Shown here: positions 18,858 through 27,250 of the stretch, piece by piece
Position numbering within the stretch: position 1 is the first letter of the stretch
How the letters are laid out: each line of letters starts with the position of its first letter
DNA from: Candidatus Moanibacter sp.
GTDB lineage: Bacteria; Verrucomicrobiota; Verrucomicrobiia; Opitutales; UBA2987
Reading direction: 5' to 3'
NCBI GenBank assembly: GCA_965215885.1
Contig: CBDCEW010000104.1
Span: 256,001-320,000, forward strand
DNA length: 64,000 bases
Program-made: the position numbers and the translations under genes
The notes under the pieces: generated by a model
Database searches by the model: none
What the model was told of the DNA's origin: nothing
Seen by the model: only the letters and a program-made list of their open reading frames with translations

Positions 18858-19512
18858 AATGCCTGATCTCAACATTGTGGTGCCGATCAAGGCCCCCGGA
18901 AAAGCCAAGGAGCGGCTTGGTAACCTCCTTACGCGGCAGGAGCGGCGGAAACTCTCTCTCGCCCTGGCTGAGGAAGTCGTTGAGATCGTGACTGAACTAT
19001 CTCGAGACCCTCACGTTCTCGTTGTGACTGATTCTGAATATGTAGGGAGCCTCATAAAGGGAAAAAAAGCTACTGTTTTGTTGGAAGAAGAGGCGCTCGG
19101 TGAGACGCGCGCGATAGAGAGGGCAACTGAGTGGTCGATTGAGAATAAATTCAGGTCCCAGCTGGTCATACCGGGAGATTTGGCCGAATTAAACTCGAGA
19201 GAGCTGGAATTGTTGCTGAAGGAACCCAGACCATACCCTTCCCTGATATTGTGCCCGGCCACGGGAGACGACGGGACTAACGCCGTTCTTTCTACTCCCC
19301 CCGATGTGGTGAGGCATCGTTTTGGATCGAAATCTTTCGATGAGTTTAAAAAAAAGGCGTCGGAGAAAGATATACTTTGTAGGGTTTTGCGGATCGAGAG
19401 TCTTGTTCTGGATCTGGATACAGGCGATGACCTCGCCACGTTTCTGAAGAGGGGGCGAGAGAATCGCGTTAGCCGGCTACTGGAGAGTTGGGGCATTGAA
19501 GAGAGATTCTAG
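18844..19512 (+). CDS. cofC: Phospholactate/PEP guanylyltransferase CofC (FbiD)
   Basis: VVPIKAPGKAKERL, IPGDL, DDGTNA, FGSKSF, LDLDTGDDL. Start may be ATG 18859. Confidence 0.9.
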   Translation: MVNPEMPDLNIVVPIKAPGKAKERLGNLLTRQERRKLSLALAEEVVEIVTELSRDPHVLVVTDSEYVGSLIKGKKATVLLEEEALGETRAIERATEWSIENKFRSQLVIPGDLAELNSRELELLLKEPRPYPSLILCPATGDDGTNAVLSTPPDVVRHRFGSKSFDEFKKKASEKDILCRVLRIESLVLDLDTGDDLATFLKRGRENRVSRLLESWGIEERF

Positions 19513-20296
19513 AGCAGAGGAATATCCGCAGTGTCTCGAGATGCTGGGGATCTCCGGCATCCCGGATATCAAGGAGGATGACAGTCTACCGGAAATCCTG
19601 TTAGGTGCGATGCAAAGAAGCGGAATCCAGCTAGAGGATGGCGACGTGCTCGTTATGGCTCACAAGATTGTCTCGAAAGCGGAGGGGAGAGTATCCTTTC
19701 TGAGGGATGTGGAACCCTCCTACAGGGCCCGCCAATTGGGGAAAGAATTAAACAAAGACCCGAGGAAAGTGGAAGTGATTCTGCGTGAGAGTAATCGCGT
19801 TGTGCGCGCTCACCGGCACGAGGGAAAGTCTGATGGGGTACTGATCTGTGAGCATCGGTTGGGATTTATCTCAGCCAATGCAGGAGTCGATGAATCTAAT
19901 CTGTCTGCACCGGATTCTGTTCTATTGCTACCCGAAGATCCTGACAGGAGTGCCCAACAGATAAGGGATGCGATAAGGAAAAGAACGGGCAGGGATATCG
20001 GGGTGGTCATTACTGATTCTTTCGGAAGGCCCTGGCGGATGGGAATTATCAATGTCGCTATCGGATTGGCCGGTGTTCCGGCTCTGCATGATATGCGTGG
20101 TCAGGTGGACTCTTCGGGTCGGAGATTGAGCGCGACGACATTGGCTGTGGCGGATGAACTCGCTGCCGCATCGGGACTCATAATGAGAAAGACCGCGCGA
20201 ACACCGTGTGTCCTGATTAAAGGCTTGCCGTGGAGCCTGACCGAGAGTTCTGCTAGGGAATTGATTAGAGCAAGAAAAGAGGATCTGTTTTCATGA
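19496..20296 (+). CDS. cofE: Coenzyme F420-0:L-glutamate ligase CofE (no nitroreductase domain)
   Basis: [57 protein letters not shown]; 266 aa. Confidence 0.95.
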   Translation: MKRDSRAEEYPQCLEMLGISGIPDIKEDDSLPEILLGAMQRSGIQLEDGDVLVMAHKIVSKAEGRVSFLRDVEPSYRARQLGKELNKDPRKVEVILRESNRVVRAHRHEGKSDGVLICEHRLGFISANAGVDESNLSAPDSVLLLPEDPDRSAQQIRDAIRKRTGRDIGVVITDSFGRPWRMGIINVAIGLAGVPALHDMRGQVDSSGRRLSATTLAVADELAAASGLIMRKTARTPCVLIKGLPWSLTESSARELIRARKEDLFS

Positions 20297-20988
20297 AAGT
20301 CGCGATTGTTGGGGGAACGGGACCGCAGGGTCGGGGACTTGCCCTTCGCTGGGCCAGGGCCGGTATCGATGTTCTGGTCGGATCGCGCAATGCGGAACGC
20401 GGCAGCCGGATTGGAGAGGAATTGAGGGCGCGGGTGGAGACCGGATTGGGTTCTGTTTCAGGTATGTTGAATGAGGAAGCTGTTAGAGCTGCTGATAAGT
20501 TTGTCGTAATCTCTGTTCCTTATGCAGCCCACAGGGCAACCCTTGAATCGATAAAAAGCTATCTCTCGGGGAAGATTCTTGTCGACGTGGTTGTACCGTT
20601 AGCAGAGGGCAATCCGAAGAAGGTGGTGATGCCCATGGAGGGGTCGTCGACCGAAGAAGCGCAGGCCATACTGGGTGATGAAGTGCCCGTAGTGGGAGCT
20701 CTCCATAACGTCTCCGCATACGTTCTCGGGCGATTGGATCTCCCCATCAATTGCGATGTTCTTGTGTGTGGGAATGACAAATCGGCTAAGGATGGTGTAA
20801 TCGAGCTTGTAGAGAAACTGGGAGTCACAGCTTATAATGCCGGCTTGGCGGAAAGCGCCCGGGCGGTTGAAACCCTCACAGCGATCCTCATCCGTTTGAA
20901 CATCTCAAGAGCCTATTCCTTTAAACACGCAGGGATCAGGATCTGGCCGGAGAGGAATTTGTCGGACCTTAACCCGGAAATGTTCTGA
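20293..20988 (+). CDS. npdG: NADPH-dependent F420 reductase (Fno/NpdG)
   Basis: [51 protein letters not shown]. Confidence 0.92.
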   Translation: MKVAIVGGTGPQGRGLALRWARAGIDVLVGSRNAERGSRIGEELRARVETGLGSVSGMLNEEAVRAADKFVVISVPYAAHRATLESIKSYLSGKILVDVVVPLAEGNPKKVVMPMEGSSTEEAQAILGDEVPVVGALHNVSAYVLGRLDLPINCDVLVCGNDKSAKDGVIELVEKLGVTAYNAGLAESARAVETLTAILIRLNISRAYSFKHAGIRIWPERNLSDLNPEMF

Positions 20989-21326
20989 GATTTCCGGGTT
21001 TGGAGCCTGTTGGACTTTGGCGACTGGGCAGGTTTACTCCGTTTCCAGTGTAAAACAAGCCTTGCGCTCTTATTTTACATTTAACAAAAATGTAAAATAA
21101 AACCTAGGCTCTACTCTTCCCTGCGAGTACGTGTTTAGCGCTATTTGACGCTGCCCAGGCACAAGGACCGGGGCAGCCAGCAATCGAAGGTATGACGCTG
21201 AACAGGTACCACGGCTTGCCGGGATTAGGAAGATGTCTGTGGTCGAATCCCGCCGCAATGCACAGAAACACTCGGAGAGCGGAACGTTTCCAAGAATCTC
21301 GAAAGCTAAGTCCGACAGATTTCTAG

Positions 21327-21484
21327 CACGGACATTTCACAAACCATCTGCTGCGATCCCGGCAAGCCGGAACGACCTCAGAGGGTCAAAACACGCTTGT
21401 CGCCCGCCGGACTGCGTAAAGGCTTTGATACGCAGTCCCAGCAGGCCGTGACAGTCTCGCTACGAAGTGTGTGAAATGTCCGGG
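21327..21484. mobile_element. MITE with IRs C(A)CGGACATTTCAC / GTGAAATGTCCGGG, flanked by CTAG
   Basis: CTAG at 21323-21326 and 21485-21488. A further solo end GTGAAATGTCCGGGCTAG occurs at about 26552. Confidence 0.7.
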
Positions 21485-21488
21485 CTAG

Positions 21489-23252
21489 CTACATTCGCTC
21501 GAGGGTCTCGAGTCCGAGGAGATGAAGTCCCGTTTCAAGAATTGTGAGGGCGCGGGCACAAAGCATGAGTCGGCGATTGCGAGTAGGTAATTGGTCGACG
21601 ATGACCTTGTCTGAATTGTAAAAAGTGCTGAAGATACCAGCTAATTCGTAAAGGTAGGTAGAGAGGTAGTGAGGGCGCAGGTCGGCGGTTGCCTGATTAA
21701 GAGCGGTGACGAAGCCGACTATTTTCCGGGCGAGGGCAATTTCGTTGGCGGATTCGAAGTCCGAGTCAGATTCTGAAAGGTCATAGGGATCGATGTCGGC
21801 CTTGCGAAAGATGCTGTGTATGCGAGCGACAGCGTAGAGGAGGTAGGGAGCCGTATTTCCCTCGAGGCTGAGCATCCTTTCCCAGGAGAATTGATAGTCG
21901 CTGGTGCGGTTTTGCATAAGATCGGCATAACGAATGGCACCTAAACCGACCGCTTTTGCCACTCGTTTTCGCTCCTCCTCGCTCAGTTCCGGGTTCTTCT
22001 CCGTTACTACACGGAAGGCTCTTTCGACGGCTTCGCTGAGGAGGTCCTTGAGCTTTGTCTCTGAGCCTTCCCGAGTACTTATGGCTTTCCCTTGTTCAGC
22101 AAGTATTAATCCGAAACTGACATAGTGAAGATTGGGAATTTCGCTTTCCCTGGCTTTAAACCACTTTTGGGCGGTCAGAAAAAGCTGCTCGAAATGGTCA
22201 GACTGGCGCGAATCGACGACGTAAATGATCTCGTTCGCGACAAAGTGCTCGGCTCTGTAAAGGAGAGTGGCAAGATCGGAAGTGTTGTAATTGGCTGCTC
22301 CATCGGAGTTTCGTATGATAAAGGGCTGGTCCCGGAATCGCTTATGTTCAGGGTGGAAAACCACGAGGGCGCCTTCGCTTTCCACGGCGATGCGATATTT
22401 TGAGAGTTCTTCGTAAACCGTGTCTACTTTGTCGCGGTAAAAGCTCTCTCCGAGGACTTCGTCAAAGTGGATATTCAATTGTTGGTAAATCTCTTCAAAA
22501 GAGCGATAGCTGATGGCGTTGATACTCTCCCAGATCTTCAGGTTCTCCGGGTCCCCACGCTGGAGCTTGACTCTCTCATTACGGGCCACTTCGAGAGCTT
22601 CGGATTCATTTATCGTAAGGTCGTAACCCTCTCTATAGAGTTCCTCGATTGTATCAATGGAAGCATGGCGAATTCGAGAGTGATCCCATTTACGGCGTTT
22701 TATAGCCATAATGAAGATTCCGAATTGTGTTCCCCAGTCGCCGATATGATTGTCCCGAATCACCCTGGCTCCGCAGAATGAGAGCAGCTGATGGATTGCT
22801 TCTCCTAGTACCGTGGAACGGATGTGGCCGACGTGGAGTTGCTTTGCCGTGTTGGGGGAGCTGAAATCTACTACAACTGTCTTCCCACGGTAAATCTGCT
22901 CAGCGGCGTCTCTCAGATCGGTTTCGGTTTGGTATTTTTGGAGCCATTCCGTAATAAAAGCGGGAGTCAGCTGAAAATTAATGAAACCCGCACCCGCCAC
23001 TTCAAAGGAGAGATAGTCGGGATTGAGACATTCTGTCTCACTCAAGGACCTGCAGAGGTCTAATGCCGCCTGTCGCGGGTTGATTCTGTTTCTCTTCGCA
23101 TAGGGAAGGACCCCATTAGCCTGAAAATCGCCGAAACGAGGGTCCGCGGGGCGAATTGCGGGATCGAAGCTCTCATCGAATTGAGGAAGGGAATGGGCGG
23201 CGGTCGCCACAGCTTTGTTGAGTTCGAGGGCGATATTGAAACAGATTTCCAT
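21489..23252 (-). CDS. argS: Arginine-tRNA ligase
   Basis: DFSSPNTAKQLHVGHIRST (HIGH), DNHIGDWGTQFG, GNTAPYLLYAVAR. ATG at 23252 preferred. Confidence 0.96.
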   Translation of the reverse strand: MEICFNIALELNKAVATAAHSLPQFDESFDPAIRPADPRFGDFQANGVLPYAKRNRINPRQAALDLCRSLSETECLNPDYLSFEVAGAGFINFQLTPAFITEWLQKYQTETDLRDAAEQIYRGKTVVVDFSSPNTAKQLHVGHIRSTVLGEAIHQLLSFCGARVIRDNHIGDWGTQFGIFIMAIKRRKWDHSRIRHASIDTIEELYREGYDLTINESEALEVARNERVKLQRGDPENLKIWESINAISYRSFEEIYQQLNIHFDEVLGESFYRDKVDTVYEELSKYRIAVESEGALVVFHPEHKRFRDQPFIIRNSDGAANYNTSDLATLLYRAEHFVANEIIYVVDSRQSDHFEQLFLTAQKWFKARESEIPNLHYVSFGLILAEQGKAISTREGSETKLKDLLSEAVERAFRVVTEKNPELSEEERKRVAKAVGLGAIRYADLMQNRTSDYQFSWERMLSLEGNTAPYLLYAVARIHSIFRKADIDPYDLSESDSDFESANEIALARKIVGFVTALNQATADLRPHYLSTYLYELAGIFSTFYNSDKVIVDQLPTRNRRLMLCARALTILETGLHLLGLETLERM

Positions 23253-23471
23253 TTTGAATAGTAAGGAGGCTGTGGTAAATTGACCTGCCCCTATCACAGG
23301 GACACCCGAAGCCCTTGCAATAGAAGACGTTACGCTTTTCGAATAGGCTCCGAAAAGAGCGATTTAGGGCCGGTGGGACCAAAAAAGCTCGACATTCCTT
23401 TTCTTAATGACCTAATAATAAAAGGCTTACGCTCTTAGTTGCCTGTTTGATGGGATTAGAATCTGCCGACC

Positions 23472-24806
23472 ATGAGGAAGAAATATATATCCCCACGTAA
23501 GTTCATCAAGCCCTCGTTTGCCTATTTGATTGAAAAGAAGCGAGATGGCGGTGAATTTTCCCAGGAGGAAATTCGATATATCGTTGATTCGGTGATGGAC
23601 AAGCAAATGCAGCAATTCCAATTAGCCGCGATGGCCATGGCCATCTATTTTCAGGGGATGTCTGCGCAGGAGACGGCCACATTGGCGGAAGAGATGATGT
23701 TGTCCGGGGAAGTTATCGATTTGTCCAAAATCACGAAACCAAAGATCGATAAATACTCAACCGGTGGAGTTGGTGATAAGACATCCCTGGTACTAGCGCC
23801 GCTTGCCGCAGCCTGCGGAGTGGTTATGCCGATGATGAATGGAGTGGACGAGGAATTTGTTATTAGCAATCTGGATAAATTATCGGCGATTCAGGGATTT
23901 AATAAATCGATGGATCTCGAACAGTTTGTGAAACAGCTGAAAACGGTCAACTGTGCTATAATCGAACAGGATCCGCTGATCGCGCCGGTCGATGAAATTC
24001 TCTACAAGATGCGACAGAAGACGGCGACGATTCCGAGCCTGCCTCTCATTACGGGAAGCGTCCTAAGCCGTAAACTCGCTCAGGGCGCCGAGGGTTTGGT
24101 TATCGATGTAAAATGGGGAAACGGATCCTTCATAAAAGAAATCGAGCAGGCAAAACAGCTGGCGAGGTCAATTACGCGGGTGGGGCGTTCCATGAAGCGA
24201 CGCTGTGTCGCTCTTGTGACGGATATGAATCAGCCATTGGGAGATTGCGTGGGCACAGGGTTGGAGATAAAGGAAGCGATCGAGTTACTTAAGGGGGAAG
24301 GTCCCGCGGATTTGCAGGAACTAGTGTTGAAACTGGGAATGGAGATTGTCCGATTGGCCGGTGTGGCGGGATCCACGTTGTCGGCTAAACAGACGGTGCA
24401 GCGTCATTTGAGCGACGGATCCGCTCTGGGCCGATTTAAGCAGATGATTAAGGCCCAAGGAGGTAAGGCGTCGCTAGTGGACAATCCGGAGGAATTTCCC
24501 AAGGCTAAATACATACGCAAGTTGCCCGCTCCTAAAAGGGGATACGTGCATACGATTAATGCGGGTATGATCGCTCGAGGGGTACAGCTTCTCGCCCAGA
24601 ACAGAAGAGGAAAGTACGATCCGGCGGTTGGGGTATCGGAAATCAGAAAAGTTGGCACGCAAGTAAAACAGGGTGAACCGCTGATGATGATTCATTACAA
24701 CGATGAAGTTCGACTTGAAAGTGCCCTGGAGTATCTTCGCTCGGCCTATCGTCTCGCACCGAAGCGCCCGAATCCTCCGCAACTCATCGCGGAGAGGGTA
24801 GCTTAG
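23472..24806 (+). CDS. Thymidine/pyrimidine-nucleoside phosphorylase homologue with degenerate active-site motifs
   Basis: IEKKRDG, DKYSTGGVGDKTSL, LDKL, DVKWGNGSF, TDMNQPLG, GVSEIRKVG fold motifs; the glycine-rich loop is replaced (see findings). Confidence 0.85.
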   Translation: MRKKYISPRKFIKPSFAYLIEKKRDGGEFSQEEIRYIVDSVMDKQMQQFQLAAMAMAIYFQGMSAQETATLAEEMMLSGEVIDLSKITKPKIDKYSTGGVGDKTSLVLAPLAAACGVVMPMMNGVDEEFVISNLDKLSAIQGFNKSMDLEQFVKQLKTVNCAIIEQDPLIAPVDEILYKMRQKTATIPSLPLITGSVLSRKLAQGAEGLVIDVKWGNGSFIKEIEQAKQLARSITRVGRSMKRRCVALVTDMNQPLGDCVGTGLEIKEAIELLKGEGPADLQELVLKLGMEIVRLAGVAGSTLSAKQTVQRHLSDGSALGRFKQMIKAQGGKASLVDNPEEFPKAKYIRKLPAPKRGYVHTINAGMIARGVQLLAQNRRGKYDPAVGVSEIRKVGTQVKQGEPLMMIHYNDEVRLESALEYLRSAYRLAPKRPNPPQLIAERVA

Positions 24807-24949
24807 GAATCTTATAGTAGCTCCAGGTTATTCATCCAAGGGGCCGAGTGGAGCCGCAGGAAAAACTCGGCGAGGCCCCTTTGTGAATAACTTGGCCGAT
24901 CAGTGGTTGGCGATGGGTCAAAGAGTTTGTTTGGCTAAGGGTGCAAATA

Positions 24950-25116
24950 TTCAAAGGCAGCCGTCCACTACGAACTTAGGAATCAGTCCGAAGAGGACTT
25001 CCGACAGAATTTCGAGTGGACGGCCTGCCTGGATGACCGAAAACGAACACTCAGTTTACATCCTCATAACAGGATCCAACTATAAGGACTTCGCCTGGAC
25101 ATCCAGTGCCTTTGAA
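24950..25116 (+). ncRNA. Predicted IS110 bridge RNA (target-binding loop 24960-25024, donor-binding loop 25029-25106)
   Basis: Enclosing stem TTCAAAGGCA/TGCCTTTGAA. Two stem-loops, each CGAA-[guide]-hairpin-[guide]-TTCG, whose guides match the target and donor sequences. The true transcript probably starts further upstream. Confidence 0.82.
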
Positions 25117-25149
25117 AAAAGCAAAAAGACAAACTAAAGGAACAAAGGG

Positions 25150-26460
25150 ATGCAGAAAAGGGAAAAAACAAATCGATATAGTGTGGTGATAGGAATTGAT
25201 TGGGCGGATCAGAAAAACGATCTGTGGATCATAGAGAGCGAAACGGGAAAAGGGACCCATCGACAGGTGGCGCAGGATGCGGTCAGCTTGCACGAATTTG
25301 CCGTAGAGATGAGAGAAAAGTATGCCAGCGTGGGCAAGCGCATGGCCATGGTGGTGGACCAGAAGCGAGGAGGGTTGATCAACTTTCTGATGGGCTTGGA
25401 GTTTGTCGATATCTATCCAGTGCATGCGGCCAGGGCGAAGGATTATCGCCGGGCGCTGTATCCATCAGGGGCCAAGAGCGACCCGGTCGATGCGCAAATA
25501 CACGCGGAGTTTTTCCTCAAACATCCCGAGCTTTTTACCAAATGTTTCATACCTGACACGGCCCAAACACGGGAGCTGAACCTGTTGTGCGAGGACCGCC
25601 GTGGATTCGTCGATCAGGCTACCAGCCTCGAACAGCAGTTGGGCAGTTGTCTGAAGCAATATAACCCTTTGGTCTTGAAATTGTTCGATGATCTAGGCAG
25701 TGGCCTGTGCCTGCACTTTATATTGCGTTGGCCGACCCTCAAGAAGCTGCACAGAGCATCGGAGGGTGTCTTGCGAAAGTTCTTCTATAAGCACAACTGT
25801 CGCAGTGACGCCAAAATCCAGGAGCGTCTCGAATTGATCGGTAACGCACGAGCCTTGACCGAAGATGCAGCCATCATTGAAGCATCCAGCAGAAAAGCAC
25901 AGACGTTGGCCGGACAGCTTTTGACCCTGTGCCCGCAGATCAAAGCGTATGAGAAGCGTATCAGGGAGCTATTCAGAAGCCATCCCGATGCAGCCGTGTT
26001 CAGTGGCATTCCCGGAGCCGGCGAGGTCATGAGTCCCCGGTTGCTGTGCGCGTTCGGGACCGATCGTTCGCACTTCGAAACGGCCCAGAACATGACCCAG
26101 TGGAATGGATCCGCTCCGGTCACGATCAACAGCGGGCAGGACAAAAGAACCGGACAACCGAAACGAATGGTCAACTGGCGGTGGGCGGCTCCTACCTTCG
26201 TGCGGCAAAGTTTCGTTGAATTTGCCGAACATTCGATCCGAAACTGTGCCTGGGCAAAGGCCTTTTACCAGATCAAAAAAGAACAGGGCAAACCCCGCCA
26301 AACCATTCTTCGTGCCCTCGCTCTCAAGTGGACCCGCATTCTGTTTCGCTGTTGGCAAAATAGCGAACGCTACGATGAGCAAAAGTATCTCCAATCGCTC
26401 CAACGCACCGGTTCACCGGTGTGGAAAAGACTTCAGCAAGCAAATGCCAACGCCTTGTAA
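25150..26460 (+). CDS. IS110-family DEDD recombinase/transposase
   Basis: VIGIDWADQKND, AKSDPVDA (RuvC-like acidic residues), IPGAGEV, GSAPVTINSG (Tnp-domain Ser), WAKAFY, RALALKW. Confidence 0.95.
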   Translation: MQKREKTNRYSVVIGIDWADQKNDLWIIESETGKGTHRQVAQDAVSLHEFAVEMREKYASVGKRMAMVVDQKRGGLINFLMGLEFVDIYPVHAARAKDYRRALYPSGAKSDPVDAQIHAEFFLKHPELFTKCFIPDTAQTRELNLLCEDRRGFVDQATSLEQQLGSCLKQYNPLVLKLFDDLGSGLCLHFILRWPTLKKLHRASEGVLRKFFYKHNCRSDAKIQERLELIGNARALTEDAAIIEASSRKAQTLAGQLLTLCPQIKAYEKRIRELFRSHPDAAVFSGIPGAGEVMSPRLLCAFGTDRSHFETAQNMTQWNGSAPVTINSGQDKRTGQPKRMVNWRWAAPTFVRQSFVEFAEHSIRNCAWAKAFYQIKKEQGKPRQTILRALALKWTRILFRCWQNSERYDEQKYLQSLQRTGSPVWKRLQQANANAL

Positions 26461-26571
26461 ACACAACATGAGAAAAAACTCAAAAAATCCCTTGACGGAC
26501 TACCTCAGTTTTCTGTCGGTCTATACTGAGTCGGAATGTCGCTCTGTCACGGTGAAATGTCCGGGCTAGCA

Positions 26572-27129
26572 TCAGGTGCGTCCCAGATAGGAGCCGTCGG
26601 AGGTACTGACTTTGATGACATCGCCTGTTTTTATAAACAGGGGCGTCTGAACGACGATTCCGGTTTCGGTGGTGACTGGTTTAAGGGCGGCACTGGAAGT
26701 GTCACCTCGGACGGCGTCGGGTGCCTCCGTTACATTCAGTTCCACTGCTGAAGGGAGCTGGATCTGGACCGCCTGGTCTTCGACAAAGAGCACTTCGTAA
26801 AAATTGCCTTCGGAGAGGAATCTCCTGGAGTTCTCGATAAGTTCCTCGTTGAGAACCGTGTCCTCAAACGTCTCCGGGTTGAGAAAGTGGTAGCCCTCTT
26901 GATCGAGGTAGCTGAATTCTAATCGCTGCGTGTCGGTGACGAGGAATCGCACGGAATCGGTGTTGCGAAATTTCGTGGTTGTGGTGGTGTTTGACTGGAG
27001 ATTGCGCATCGTAACCTGGACGAATCCGGCCTGTCGTCCCTGGGTTCGATGAATCATATCGAGTACGAGGTGAGGCACGCTATTATAGTCTAGCACCTTT
27101 CCTTTACGAATTTCGGTTGGTGAAGCCAT
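26572..27129 (-). CDS. efp: Elongation factor P
   Basis: [51 protein letters not shown]. Confidence 0.95.
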   Translation of the reverse strand: MASPTEIRKGKVLDYNSVPHLVLDMIHRTQGRQAGFVQVTMRNLQSNTTTTTKFRNTDSVRFLVTDTQRLEFSYLDQEGYHFLNPETFEDTVLNEELIENSRRFLSEGNFYEVLFVEDQAVQIQLPSAVELNVTEAPDAVRGDTSSAALKPVTTETGIVVQTPLFIKTGDVIKVSTSDGSYLGRT

Positions 27130-27250
27130 CGTTTATTCCTTAACATGGTTTCTGCGCTTTACAATCTCTGACTTAACCCGAATATTTCACACACTTCGTC
27201 ACGAGACGCTCGGTAGTGAAATCTTCGGGTTAGGGACACGAGTTGACGGC

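Larger units (their letters stand above)
24811..26514 (+). mobile_element. IS110-family element flanked by a repeated CT core
   Basis: CT at 24811-24812 and 26513-26514. Removing the element restores TAGGAATCTGTCGG, matching the MITE end at 17791. The circle junction forms TTGACG-17bp-TATAGT. Confidence 0.88.
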
